From Roseibacillus sp. (GTDB lineage Bacteria; Verrucomicrobiota; Verrucomicrobiia; Verrucomicrobiales; Akkermansiaceae), in the NCBI GenBank assembly GCA_965242925.1, contig CBDEUM010000034.1, forward strand, positions 32,001 through 96,000: a DNA stretch of 64,000 bases. The letters are read 5' to 3'. Both the position numbers and the translations under genes were made by a program. Shown piece after piece: positions 20,389 to 30,443 of the stretch; positions within the stretch are counted from its first letter, which is position 1, and each line of letters begins with the position of its first letter. A model generated the notes under the pieces. It made no database searches and had not been told where the DNA came from. It saw only the letters and a list, made by a program, of their open reading frames with translations.

Positions 20389-21662
20389 GACATATTGATA
20401 GACGCAAGTTCTTGTTGGGAGCGGGAGGCAGCATAATGGCTCTCCCTTGGCTGGAGATGTATGCAGAAGAGGCCGTAACGAAGAAGTTAAAGGAACCTTC
20501 CCTGCGGTTTGCGTCTTTTTATTCGCCGATGGGTTTTGTGAGGGATCATTTCTTTCCCGGGAATGACACCCAGGATTTCTTGGCGATGCCCACTTTGAGT
20601 CCGCTGAAGAAGGTCGGTGAAAAGGTCACGCTGATCACGGGCCTGTCCCGGGTTAACGTGAGAGGGATTGATGTGCACAATCAATGCAGTTCCTGTTACC
20701 TGTCCTCGGCCGATCCTCATGGCGAACTCAAGTCGCCTTACCCGATGGACAGGACCTTGGACCATCTGATTGCGGACAAGGTAAGCCAGCGGACACCCAT
20801 TCGGTCATTGGAGCTGAATTGCAATACGTTTAAAGATCTCAAGGAATCGATCTACCTGGACAACATCTCCTGGTACGGACCGGAGCATGTAGCGACGTCG
20901 ATGAAAGACCCGCGACAGGTCTATCAGCGTCTGTTTAAAACCGGAAAATCGAACAAGGATATTACGGATCTGATTTTGGAGGACGCTGCCAATTTCGAAA
21001 AGAATCTGAGTCGTCAGGACAAGGACAAGTTGGATGAGTACTTCACTTCCGTGAGGGAAATCGAAAGACAGATCGAGAAACTAAGCAGGTACTACGCCAC
21101 GCATGAGAGGGCGGACATGAAAGAACCTGATGAGACCCCCATGACGCGCGGAGAGTACATACGGATGATGGGCAAATTGCTTGTGCTGGCATTTCAGGGA
21201 GACCTCACACATGTCGCCACGTTCATGCTCGCACCTGAAAGGTGGGGGACGCCGCAGCGATTCCATGAATTGAATTTCACGAAATCACATCATGGCCTCA
21301 CCCATTCCCAGGACAGAGAAGACGTAAAGAGGATCCTGTCGCAAGTGGATCGGTTTTATGTGGAACTGTTCGCCGAAGTGTTGGAGCAGTTGGATGCGAT
21401 CAGAGAGGGAGAAGGCACCCTTTTGGATCACTCCATGATCACCCTGGGGTCAGGATTGGGTGATGGAAAAGACCATACCATGGATGAGCTTCCGATTATT
21501 GTGGCAGGTTCTGCCAACGGCAGAATCAAGACGGGCCGCATCCTTAATTGCCCTGAAAAAACGCCACTGGCCAATTTATGGCTCTCGCAAGCTCAGCTGA
21601 TGGGTACAGGTATGGAGCACTTTGCTGACAGCACCGGGCCTTTGAAAGGATTGCTTGCCTGA
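20385..21662 (+). CDS. DUF1552 (HXXSHH-family) protein
   Basis: RRKFLLGAG...LPWLE, TLDHLIA, KLDEYFTSVREIE, SHHGLTH, GTLLDHS, FADSTG; overlaps the DUF1592 stop by 4 bp (ATGA). Confidence 0.9.
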   Translation: MRHIDRRKFLLGAGGSIMALPWLEMYAEEAVTKKLKEPSLRFASFYSPMGFVRDHFFPGNDTQDFLAMPTLSPLKKVGEKVTLITGLSRVNVRGIDVHNQCSSCYLSSADPHGELKSPYPMDRTLDHLIADKVSQRTPIRSLELNCNTFKDLKESIYLDNISWYGPEHVATSMKDPRQVYQRLFKTGKSNKDITDLILEDAANFEKNLSRQDKDKLDEYFTSVREIERQIEKLSRYYATHERADMKEPDETPMTRGEYIRMMGKLLVLAFQGDLTHVATFMLAPERWGTPQRFHELNFTKSHHGLTHSQDREDVKRILSQVDRFYVELFAEVLEQLDAIREGEGTLLDHSMITLGSGLGDGKDHTMDELPIIVAGSANGRIKTGRILNCPEKTPLANLWLSQAQLMGTGMEHFADSTGPLKGLLA

Positions 21663-22006
21663 GCGACAGGAGCCTTGTCGCCCCATACACGCCATTCGTG
21701 GCTGAGCGCTTCCATGCAGTCATTCGTGCGATCGTGCCGGGGATGGCCTGTGTTTTGCTGCCGGGTACGGCTGCGCCTTGGCAAGACAGAGGCAGCTGAA
21801 GGCAAGTGCCATGCCCGGGAGCAGTTGACGGAAGTGCTTGGGTTTCGACATAACCAAAAGCTGCCCGGGGTGGCGGCCCGCCTCTTCCGCTGATTTCAGC
21901 CGGGTGACCGGGAGCATGGAGTCGAAAATGATTCTCAGGTTGAGCGACTCCCAGGGAGGATTCCAGTGGAGAACCGCTCAGCCAAAGCAAGGAGCTGGCA
22001 ACATTC

Positions 22007-22447
22007 TTAGCTGTCAAGCAGTTGCCACTTGCCGTCGGCAAACCGTAAAGATTTGGTTTCGCGGTCTCCGCCCTTTTGTTCGTGTTTGAAGCTAACTTCA
22101 ACTTCAAGGAGTGTCCCGCCCTCCGACGCTCTCTTTACAATGGGGTTCAAAAAATGGGTGCCCTGCCATAACCGGTAGCCAAGCAGGAACCGTTCGCGGT
22201 GTTCTTGTCCTATCATGGCTGCAGCTGTCTCTGCCTTGCTCTCAGAGAGGGCGATCGAGAATTCCTTGAAAAAGGATTCCGCTTGTTGCTGGAGGGTCTT
22301 CTGCCTTTTCCCGTTCTCTTCTTCTGATGTCGATTGTTGAGGTCCCGTTGCAGGAAGAGGCGTGTTATTCCGATGGTGAACTTCGCTATCCGGCCTGTCA
22401 CAGGAAATGAACAGGATGGCAATAAGCAGGGAGGTGATCGACTTCAT
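22007..22447 (-). CDS. Hypothetical lipoprotein
   Basis: MKSITSLLIAILFIS-C lipobox; C-terminal ...DGKWQL suggests a small NTF2-like fold (inference). Confidence 0.7.
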   Translation of the reverse strand: MKSITSLLIAILFISCDRPDSEVHHRNNTPLPATGPQQSTSEEENGKRQKTLQQQAESFFKEFSIALSESKAETAAAMIGQEHRERFLLGYRLWQGTHFLNPIVKRASEGGTLLEVEVSFKHEQKGGDRETKSLRFADGKWQLLDS

Positions 22448-22507
22448 GACTGCCAGTCTTGCCAGACTGCAGGGCGAGACAACTGTTATCGGTGGCCGGC
22501 TTTCTCT

Positions 22508-23602
22508 TCAGTCGGTGCCTTGGTTTATTCGAATGAGCCTTCCGATGACTTGATCGCAAATAAGATGGGAGCGCTCATCACGAGAATTCGTTGCTACAAG
22601 AAAGGACCGGTTCAACTTTGGAGCCACCCAGACGGTGGCGTACCACATCGTGTTGCTTCCGCTGTGGGTCAGCACCGTCCCTTTGCCCCACGGGCGTTTG
22701 GCAAGAATCCATCCTCCTGCATATGTCCCTGTGGGCGTGATCAATCTGCTCCGAGTTTTTCGATCCAGTCCAAGGTTCTTGCCGCCTGGTAGCTGCATGG
22801 CGAGGAATTTGGCCCAATCCGCAACCGAGCAATGCACGCGACCGGCCGGACCAAGGGCCTCCGCGTTGTCGAATTGGCGAGGTCGCCATCCGTCTCCTGA
22901 CCAAATGTGACCCCATGGCTGATCCGTATTTCCAGGTACGCCAGGGGCGCCAAATCCAGCCGAGTCCATCCCAAGCGGATCGAAGATGCGTTTTCCCATC
23001 AAGGACTCCCAATTCGAGCCGGTGACTCTCTCCGCCATGCATCCGGCGATCATATATCCCAAGTTGGAATAGTGATACCCTCCTTTCTTGAGGGGTGGGG
23101 CTTCCTTGAGGGTTTCCTTCAAAATCGCTAGGCGCCTTTTCTTCAGCTCAATCTTCCCATGAGCCCACCAGTTCTCCGCATTAGCCGGCACCCTCGCCCG
23201 ATGGGTGAGCAATTCCCAGACGGTGACGGAATAGTAATCGGGATGGATGCTGTCCTTGAGGTCAGGAAGGGCTTCGATGAGCGAGGTCTCCCAAGTGAGT
23301 TTTCCTTCGGCCACCAGGGTGGCCAGCAGGACCGACGTCATGGCCTTGGTGCAGGAACCCAGGTGAATCAGATCCTGGGCTGTCAGTTTCTTGTCGCTGC
23401 CTATTCTCCGTATCCCTGCGGCACCCACTGCCAATACTCCCTTCGACGAAGTAATCGCTGCCACCATACCCGGAGCTTTCTCCCGGCTCACGGTGTCCGC
23501 GAGAACCTCTTCAATCTTCTTAGACATGCCGACTGCCTTCACCGGCGACGCATAAGCTGCTGGGGTCAGCAAAAGGAGGAAAGGCAGCACCGATAGCTTC
23601 AT
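22508..23602 (-). CDS. Serine hydrolase, beta-lactamase/AmpC (class C-like) family
   Basis: GSCTKAMT (SxxK), LLTHRA, YHYSNLGY (YxN), IFDPLGM, HSGSN; signal peptide MKLSVLPFLLLL. Confidence 0.9.
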   Translation of the reverse strand: MKLSVLPFLLLLTPAAYASPVKAVGMSKKIEEVLADTVSREKAPGMVAAITSSKGVLAVGAAGIRRIGSDKKLTAQDLIHLGSCTKAMTSVLLATLVAEGKLTWETSLIEALPDLKDSIHPDYYSVTVWELLTHRARVPANAENWWAHGKIELKKRRLAILKETLKEAPPLKKGGYHYSNLGYMIAGCMAERVTGSNWESLMGKRIFDPLGMDSAGFGAPGVPGNTDQPWGHIWSGDGWRPRQFDNAEALGPAGRVHCSVADWAKFLAMQLPGGKNLGLDRKTRSRLITPTGTYAGGWILAKRPWGKGTVLTHSGSNTMWYATVWVAPKLNRSFLVATNSRDERSHLICDQVIGRLIRINQGTD

Positions 23603-23973
23603 CTGGTCAGCGTAAGGACAACCCACCAGTCAGCCTATTTAAAAAGGCGCCAGCGCCAATGGAGAGAGGGGCACGGCCACGCATCGGGGAGCAGGAATCA
23701 GGTGCCTGGTGGGGGACTAGTCCACGCTGAACCGGAAGAATGCGCGTTGCAGGGTGTAAGGGGATTGAGATCGGCTGATTTTCATCTGCGCGTTTCCTGC
23801 CCCGTTCAGAACAGGGGGGGTAATCGGCTGCCATGGCGCAGATCTGGTCTCCGTTGAAGCGGGTGTCTCGCTCGACTACTACTGCTTCGGGCGGCTAATG
23901 CGCACGGGCACCACCCCATGATGCCCTGTTTCTGCCTCTCCAGAGACTGTTTCGACCCACTAAAAAAGGGCCC

Positions 23974-24002
23974 TTGTCAGGCATTCAGGAACTCCCTATT
24001 CT
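23974..24002 (+). promoter_or_regulatory. Candidate sigma-70 promoter for the PEP-CTERM/CotH cluster
   Basis: TTGTCA (23974-23979), 17-bp spacer, TATTCT (23997-24002), just upstream of the gene at 24039. Confidence 0.5.
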
Positions 24003-24038
24003 TTTTCTGAGTCCATAACCCCAATGGCTTCGGCCACC

Positions 24039-24731
24039 ATGAAAACCTGCTTCGTCACCTTTGCTGTTATCGCCGCTTTCCTTGCCCCTTCCCAAGCCGC
24101 CGTTGTCTGGACCGGAGCGACAAGCACGGATCCCTTCGACGACAGCAACTGGGATTTCAGTGGTTCGGGAGTGAGCGCGGTCGATGCTAATGTCAGTGTT
24201 GCTGACGACATCTCGATCGTAAATGGATCTATAGAAATCCCCAATCTGGGTGGCCAGCAGAGATTGCAGATCGGGAACGGCTTCACCATGACTCTCGATA
24301 ACGCGACCTTCGGACTGGTCGCGGGCGGAAACGACGGCACCGGTGGTCAGCCCGGCAGCACGGGGGTGAGCATCAACCTTACCAATGGCAGCCAGTTCAA
24401 TCCGTTCTTTATCGTAAACGCCGTCTCGCTTGACATCGACAGCACCAGCTCTGCGACGTTTGGGGGTGGCGGCAACCCGGTGAATATTTCGACAATCAAT
24501 CTCACATTCGGATCGACCTTGTCCTTCCGGGCAGAGACACCGGCTGCTTTCAGAGGCGAGCACCTCGGCAAGATCACGGTCAATGGCGTGCCCGCCGTCG
24601 ATGGTGTGAACATCGAGATCGCTCCCTTCAATGGCGCATCGGGCTCACTGATCACAGCTATTCCCGAGCCCTCCTCCGCCGTCCTCCTTGGTTTCGCCGG
24701 TATCGCACTTGTGTTCCGGCGCCGAAAGTAG
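24039..24731 (+). CDS. PEP-CTERM sorting domain-containing protein
   Basis: Signal peptide MKTCFVTFAVIAAFLAPSQA; ends IPEPSSAVLLGFAGIALVFRRRK. Confidence 0.95.
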   Translation: MKTCFVTFAVIAAFLAPSQAAVVWTGATSTDPFDDSNWDFSGSGVSAVDANVSVADDISIVNGSIEIPNLGGQQRLQIGNGFTMTLDNATFGLVAGGNDGTGGQPGSTGVSINLTNGSQFNPFFIVNAVSLDIDSTSSATFGGGGNPVNISTINLTFGSTLSFRAETPAAFRGEHLGKITVNGVPAVDGVNIEIAPFNGASGSLITAIPEPSSAVLLGFAGIALVFRRRK

Positions 24732-24816
24732 CCAGAATCGGAGCATTTCTTCCGGGTGGGGAGTGGAGCTGCGGCAGCGGTTCGGCAACTATTTGGTTTG
24801 TAGGATTCTCCCAAAG

Positions 24817-27800
24817 ATGCGCTCCCAGACCTCGCCCATCTGCCCTCTCATATTCATGCTCTGCTACCTGGGGGCTTGTTCGTTTCTGGCAGACGGGGGT
24901 GAGGTCATCATTAGCGAGTTCCTGGCGGTCAATACCAGCGGTCTTGCTGACGAGAATGGCGATGACTCGGATTGGATCGAACTGTCGAGTATTTCCGGGG
25001 CAGCAGTTGATCTGACTGGTTGGCACCTGACAGACAATGCCCTCACACTCGACAAGTGGGCTTTTCCCGGGGTGACGCTCAATTCCGGTGCTAAGCTTGT
25101 CGTGTTTGCTTCGGGCAAGGACCGCGCGGTGAACGGAGAGGAGTTGCACACCAACTTTAAACTTGCCAGGGGGGGTGAGTACCTCGCCCTGGTGCGTCCC
25201 GATGGGGTCACCATAGAGTCTGAATTCGCCCCGTCCTACCCGCCGCAGTATCCGGATATATCCTACGGTGCCGGGGACGCAGATGGTTCGACCGTGCAAC
25301 TGGTGGGTCCTGGGAATGATGTCCGGTTCACTGTGCCCGGCGATTCATCCGAAGACGTCGATGGTGCGAGGCCTTTCAACGCGACGGGATTTGACGATAG
25401 CGCATGGACCTGGGCTGCGCTCGGAATCGGATATGCTACGCAGGCTGGCGATCCGTATGACGATTTCATCGGCCCCGGAGGTGACGTCGAGGGCCCCCTC
25501 TACCAGAGGAACACGACGATCTACCTGCGTATTCCGTTCAACATCGACGGTTCTGATGAGGTGACCTCTCTCATCCTCAGAGCACGTTACGACGATGGAT
25601 TCGCGATCTATATCAACGGCAGTGCGATGCTCGCCTCCTCCAATCCGCCTGCCGACGGCGTGTTCGACTACGAGGCGGAAGCGGGTTCAGACCACAGCGA
25701 CACCGCGGCCATCGCGCTGGAATCCTTCGCGATCAATCTCGACGACGTCAATCTTTTGGCCGGAACGAACATCCTCGCGGTTCATGGGATGAACCGCGGC
25801 GTTTCCGGATCTAACATGCTGTTCGATTGCGAACTTGATGCTCAGCTCACGCCCGCATCAGGCAGCTCCCAGCTGATCTATATGACAACACCAACGCCGG
25901 GGAGCGAGAATGCTGGCGGCGTGCCCGATCTCGGCCCCATCATCCGGAACGTCACCGAGAATCCTGAGCGGCCAGACGTTGCGATCCAGAGCGAATTGCT
26001 CATCACAGCCGAGGTGACCCCGTCGAGAGATCCAATCGCCTCCGTGACCCTGGTGCACCGGCGGGGCTTTGGGGGCGAGAGTTCTGTCCAAATGAAAGAT
26101 GACGGGCTCTCTCCGGATGTAGTTGTGGCTGACGGGGTCTACAGTGCAGCTCTTCCGCTCGCCCATCTGGCCGCAGGCGAGATGGTGCGCTGGCGCATCG
26201 AGTCGACCGACCGCGGCGGCACAATCTCACGCAATCCTTTCTTCGGAGATCCGCTCAATTCCCCGGAATACTTCGGAACCGCGGCAACGAACCCCGGAGT
26301 GGTGTCCAACTTGCCCGTGCTGGAGTGGTTCATCCGGAACCCGGGGGCCGCCAACAACCGCGCCGGGACGCGGGCGTCGTGTATCTACCTTGGCGAATTC
26401 TACGATAACATTTTCTGTCGAGTGCGCGGCGGTTCATCTGCCGGTCTCTCGAAGAAGAGCTACAAGTTCGATTTCAATACCGATCACCATTTCCGTTTCG
26501 ACCCCGATCCGGATTCGGTGCGCGCCGAGGAATTCAATCTGAACACAACATGGACGGACAAGTCTTACGTGCGTCAACCGCTCAGCTACGAGTTCTACGA
26601 CCTCGCGGGCTCTCCGGGTTCGGTGTGTTTTCTGACCCGCGTGCAGCAGAACGGTGCCTTCTTCAGCGTTGCCGCATACACTGAGCAGGTCGACAGGCGT
26701 TTGTTGCGCCGCGAGGAGCGGATCGACGACGACGGGGCGCTCTACAAGATGTTCAACGGAGGGAGCAGCAGCACAAGTGGTGTTGAGAAGAAAAACCGCA
26801 TGCACGAGAACAACTCCGATCTCGCAGCCTTTCTGTCTGGTATGAACGCCAGTGGTTCCACCCTGGAGAATTTCATTTTCGACAATATCGACCTGCCCCG
26901 CCAACTCAATTATCTCGCCGCCACCGTATTGACACAGAATAACGACAACATGCGCAAGAACTACTACCTCTATCGCGACAGCGATGGCACGGGAGAGTGG
27001 ACGCAGTTACCGTGGGACCTCGACCTCACCTGGGGAAGCCACTACATGACCAGCGATAATATCTCCGACGACGGCATCTGGGCGACAGCCGACTATGTCC
27101 TGGGGGGCAGGAGTTCCAACACCCCCATTTCCCCCTCGCATCCTTTCGTGGGCATTCAGGAGCTTCCAGGAAACCGTAGCTGGAACAGGATTATTGACAA
27201 GCTGTTGGAAAATGGGCGCTTCAAGGCCATGTTTCAACGTCGCCTGCGCACCCTCGTTGACGAGTTGCTGATTTCCACGGTCGCTGACGACAGGATTGAG
27301 GAGATGGTCCTGGCGCTTGGGAATGACGCAGTGCTCGACAAGAACAAGTGGGGACAGTTCGGACAACCGCAGTCGCTGGCCCGGGCGATCAGGACGCTGA
27401 AGAGCGGATATCTCGCGCCCCGCCGCACCCATCTGTCGGTCACTCACCAGGCCAGCAATGCCCGCAGTTACCAGGCCCCGGTCGGGGCCCCTGCCGCAGT
27501 GAACTCGGCACGCTTGCCGGAGCCACAACCTACGAATCCCCGGATCACGTTCGGCAGTTTCGAAAACAATCCGTCCTCGGGCAACCAGGACGAGGAATAC
27601 ATCGAACTGCGAAATGCGAACTCCTTCGCAGTCGATATCAGCGGATGGCGCCTTACCGGAGGAGTTGCGTTCACCTTCCTGCCCGGCACCATTATCGAAG
27701 CGCGCCACAGCCTGTATGTTTCGCCGAAGGTCTCCGCGTTCCGCACGCGCACGGTTAGCCCGAAAGGCGGCGAAGGACTGAACGTCGAGGGCGATTACGA

Positions 27801-28755
27801 CGGACAAATCTCCACTCGCGGCGAAACGATCGGGTTGCTCGACGCGAGCGCATCTGAGATTGACTCGCTGACAACACCGAGCACGCCCTCGGCCCAGCAG
27901 GATTCGCTGCGCATCACGGAGTTGCACTACGCCCCCCCGGGAGGGAGGTCATTCGAGTTTATCGAATTGAAGAATATCGGAGACGGCCCGCTCGATCTTG
28001 CCGGCGTGCATTTCAGCAACGGCGTGACTTTCAATTTCACTGGCGGAGAGCTGGCACCGGGAGCCTATGGGATCCTCGTCACCGACCCGGCCAACTTCCC
28101 TGGCTGGAATGTGCTCGGCACCTATGCCGGCTCGCTCGACAACGGAGGAGAGCAGCTTGTCCTGCGCGATTCCACAGGGGAGAACATCCTGTCCTTCAGA
28201 TTTGACGGAGATTGGTTCCCCCCGGCGCGAAGAGGCGGTCACAGTATCGATATTCTTGACGAGAACTCCGACTGGAGCGCTTGGGATTTCCGGTCGAACT
28301 GGGCCCTCAGTGCCGAACTCAATGGATCGCCGGGAGAAGTTAACCCGACACCACAACGCCATACCTACCGCTCGTGGAGCGCCCAGTTCTTCACTCCGGC
28401 GGAGTTGACCGACCCCTTGGTCAGCGCTGCGGAGGCGGACGCCAGTGGTGATGGCGTTCCCAACCTTATCAAGTATGCCCTGGGAATTGATCCCGTCATC
28501 CGGACCCGGGCGGGACTGCCTGCCGTTGACACCGAGAGCGGCTTCCTCAGCTTCAGTTTCCGGAGGCTCGCGAAGGCCGGCGATCTCAGCCTGGTGGTCG
28601 AGATTTCGACCGACTTGATTTCGTGGAGCGCGCTTACTGCTGTGGCCGCCGTCATCGAGAATGGCGATGGCACCGAGAACCTCACTTTTCGTTCAGACTT
28701 ACCGCTCTCTGATCAGCCGCGGCAGTTCATTCGTCTGAAGGTCATCCAGAACTAG
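24817..28755 (+). CDS. Secreted lamin-tail-domain / CotH kinase protein with C-terminal module
   Basis: VIISEFLAVN...DWIEL; YDDGFAIYING; RVRGGSS...KKSYKFDF; NNDNMRKNYYLY; PWDLDLTWG; LRITELHYAP; ends VEISTDLISW...QFIRLKVIQN. Start refined from 24688. Confidence 0.9.
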   Translation: MRSQTSPICPLIFMLCYLGACSFLADGGEVIISEFLAVNTSGLADENGDDSDWIELSSISGAAVDLTGWHLTDNALTLDKWAFPGVTLNSGAKLVVFASGKDRAVNGEELHTNFKLARGGEYLALVRPDGVTIESEFAPSYPPQYPDISYGAGDADGSTVQLVGPGNDVRFTVPGDSSEDVDGARPFNATGFDDSAWTWAALGIGYATQAGDPYDDFIGPGGDVEGPLYQRNTTIYLRIPFNIDGSDEVTSLILRARYDDGFAIYINGSAMLASSNPPADGVFDYEAEAGSDHSDTAAIALESFAINLDDVNLLAGTNILAVHGMNRGVSGSNMLFDCELDAQLTPASGSSQLIYMTTPTPGSENAGGVPDLGPIIRNVTENPERPDVAIQSELLITAEVTPSRDPIASVTLVHRRGFGGESSVQMKDDGLSPDVVVADGVYSAALPLAHLAAGEMVRWRIESTDRGGTISRNPFFGDPLNSPEYFGTAATNPGVVSNLPVLEWFIRNPGAANNRAGTRASCIYLGEFYDNIFCRVRGGSSAGLSKKSYKFDFNTDHHFRFDPDPDSVRAEEFNLNTTWTDKSYVRQPLSYEFYDLAGSPGSVCFLTRVQQNGAFFSVAAYTEQVDRRLLRREERIDDDGALYKMFNGGSSSTSGVEKKNRMHENNSDLAAFLSGMNASGSTLENFIFDNIDLPRQLNYLAATVLTQNNDNMRKNYYLYRDSDGTGEWTQLPWDLDLTWGSHYMTSDNISDDGIWATADYVLGGRSSNTPISPSHPFVGIQELPGNRSWNRIIDKLLENGRFKAMFQRRLRTLVDELLISTVADDRIEEMVLALGNDAVLDKNKWGQFGQPQSLARAIRTLKSGYLAPRRTHLSVTHQASNARSYQAPVGAPAAVNSARLPEPQPTNPRITFGSFENNPSSGNQDEEYIELRNANSFAVDISGWRLTGGVAFTFLPGTIIEARHSLYVSPKVSAFRTRTVSPKGGEGLNVEGDYDGQISTRGETIGLLDASASEIDSLTTPSTPSAQQDSLRITELHYAPPGGRSFEFIELKNIGDGPLDLAGVHFSNGVTFNFTGGELAPGAYGILVTDPANFPGWNVLGTYAGSLDNGGEQLVLRDSTGENILSFRFDGDWFPPARRGGHSIDILDENSDWSAWDFRSNWALSAELNGSPGEVNPTPQRHTYRSWSAQFFTPAELTDPLVSAAEADASGDGVPNLIKYALGIDPVIRTRAGLPAVDTESGFLSFSFRRLAKAGDLSLVVEISTDLISWSALTAVAAVIENGDGTENLTFRSDLPLSDQPRQFIRLKVIQN

Positions 28756-28795
28756 ACCCTCCTCCCCAATCCAACCCATCCACACCGTTAGTCCA

Positions 28796-30331
28796 ATGAA
28801 AACCAGAATCCTGATCGCCGTCGCTTTCGCCCTTGGGGCAACCTCCATGTCCATGGCCGATTTCCCCGCGGTCGTCCTTTCCGATTCCCCTCTTGCCTAT
28901 TACCGCTTCGAGGAGGTGCCGGGAGCAAGCGTGATTGCCGACTCCAGCGGGAACGGGCTCGATGCTGATTACAGTGCTCCTATCGGGACGACCGTTCTGG
29001 GTGAGCCCGGGGTGGTCGGTCTGGCCGCCCTCTTCAATGGTGACGATGGTATCTTGACGCCCCTGAGGTTCGACCCTTCCGCAGGCGACTTCTCCATTGA
29101 GACTGTCTTCAACCCGACGATCATCCCTGGCGACGCGGGAATCATCGTCTCAAACCAGAACGGCAACGGTATAGGCCGCAGCAACCTGTTCGTCCATAGC
29201 ACCGCGAACTTCCGGTCGTACATTGGCGGAGGACCCACAAATGCCGGACCACTTTTCGAAGCGGAAACCTGGTATCACATCATTCTCACGTATGACCAGA
29301 GTGCGGTTGCAGGCGGCGTCGATTCGACGATCCGCTTCTACGTCGACGGTGTCGAGCAAAGTGGCAGTCAGCGGGTGACCGAGCCCGCCGACGGAGGCTG
29401 GGTCCTCGGCTCGCACAAGCTCCTCGACCGACAGTTCTTCACCGGCTTGCTCGATGAGGTTGCGATCTACGATTTTCGACTCGACGATCCGGACGGTGAT
29501 GGCGACACGTCCGACTCGCGCGTGGAACCCCACTACGATGCCTACCAGAAAGGGAGCGTGATCAAAACACCGGACCTTGCTTTGGCCGTCACCAGGAGTG
29601 GTTCCGATCTCGTGTTTGAATGGGAGAGCCAACCCGGAATGGTCTACAATCTCACGAGCAGTACCGATCTCGCTGACGACCCTCTCACTTGGGAATTGGT
29701 AGAAGGAAGCATTCCAGCGGATCCGCCCACCAACACCAAGATCATCCTGAGGCCGGGTGATCCGACCCGTTTTTATCGGATCGAGGAGTTTCTCCCGCCC
29801 CCGATCACATTGTTCTCGGAGAACTTCGACGGTGGCCCGGGCCTTCCGGTGGGCTGGACGACTGGGGGCAATGCCCCCTCCGACACCGGGACGACTCGAT
29901 GGGAACTGGGGGATCCGACCGGCGGTTCCTTGACAGGTCCGCAAGGAGCCAACAGCGTCCCCAACTGTGTAGGAACAAACATCGCGGCCGATTATGGGAC
30001 CGAGACCGATATCTGGCTTCGGTCGCCGGGCACGATCGATCTTGCCACCGCGACCAATGCGGCTCTGACCTTCCAGCAGTTTCGCGATATCGAGGCCTTC
30101 TTCGACCTCGGTTCGATTCGCGTCCTCAAGGCCAGCGATGACAGTCAACTCGGCGCCGATCTCCTCAATCCCACAGATGGCACCGGTGATTGGGAGCAAA
30201 TCAAGGTGAACCTGCCCGCCGAAGCGCTGGGGGAAATCATCAAACTCGAATTCAGCTTCCAGGCCGACGATTTTGGGAACCAGGCCGGCTGGTACATCGA
30301 CGATGTGACCGTAACGGCCCGAGTTCCTTGA
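28796..30331 (+). CDS. Secreted LamG protein with internal 'STDL..W..FYRI' module and C-terminal MAM-like jelly-roll
   Basis: Signal peptide; PLAYYRFEE, DSSGNG, WYHIILTYD, GLLDEVAIYD; LFSENFDG...LRSP.IDL...GWYIDDVTV. Confidence 0.85.
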   Translation: MKTRILIAVAFALGATSMSMADFPAVVLSDSPLAYYRFEEVPGASVIADSSGNGLDADYSAPIGTTVLGEPGVVGLAALFNGDDGILTPLRFDPSAGDFSIETVFNPTIIPGDAGIIVSNQNGNGIGRSNLFVHSTANFRSYIGGGPTNAGPLFEAETWYHIILTYDQSAVAGGVDSTIRFYVDGVEQSGSQRVTEPADGGWVLGSHKLLDRQFFTGLLDEVAIYDFRLDDPDGDGDTSDSRVEPHYDAYQKGSVIKTPDLALAVTRSGSDLVFEWESQPGMVYNLTSSTDLADDPLTWELVEGSIPADPPTNTKIILRPGDPTRFYRIEEFLPPPITLFSENFDGGPGLPVGWTTGGNAPSDTGTTRWELGDPTGGSLTGPQGANSVPNCVGTNIAADYGTETDIWLRSPGTIDLATATNAALTFQQFRDIEAFFDLGSIRVLKASDDSQLGADLLNPTDGTGDWEQIKVNLPAEALGEIIKLEFSFQADDFGNQAGWYIDDVTVTARVP

Positions 30332-30443
30332 ACTCTGAGAGGACGGTGATCGGGCCGCAAGGGCAGCAGTCAAAAAGGCGATGGATTCCCCCCTCAAAGA
30401 TCGATGCACTGAACTCCCTGGAGAGATCAATGCTCATCGAACC

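Noticed and set aside
21663..21681. Hairpin after DUF1552 as a terminator
   Set aside because: Short stem with a 3-nt loop and no U-tract.
22508..23602. Antibiotic-resistance beta-lactamase
   Set aside because: SxxK/YxN are shared by many esterases and peptidases, and the third motif is HSG rather than KTG; no evidence for resistance.
23925..23940. 14-bp match ctgtttctgcctct shared with ~47347
   Set aside because: Too short and isolated to separate from chance.
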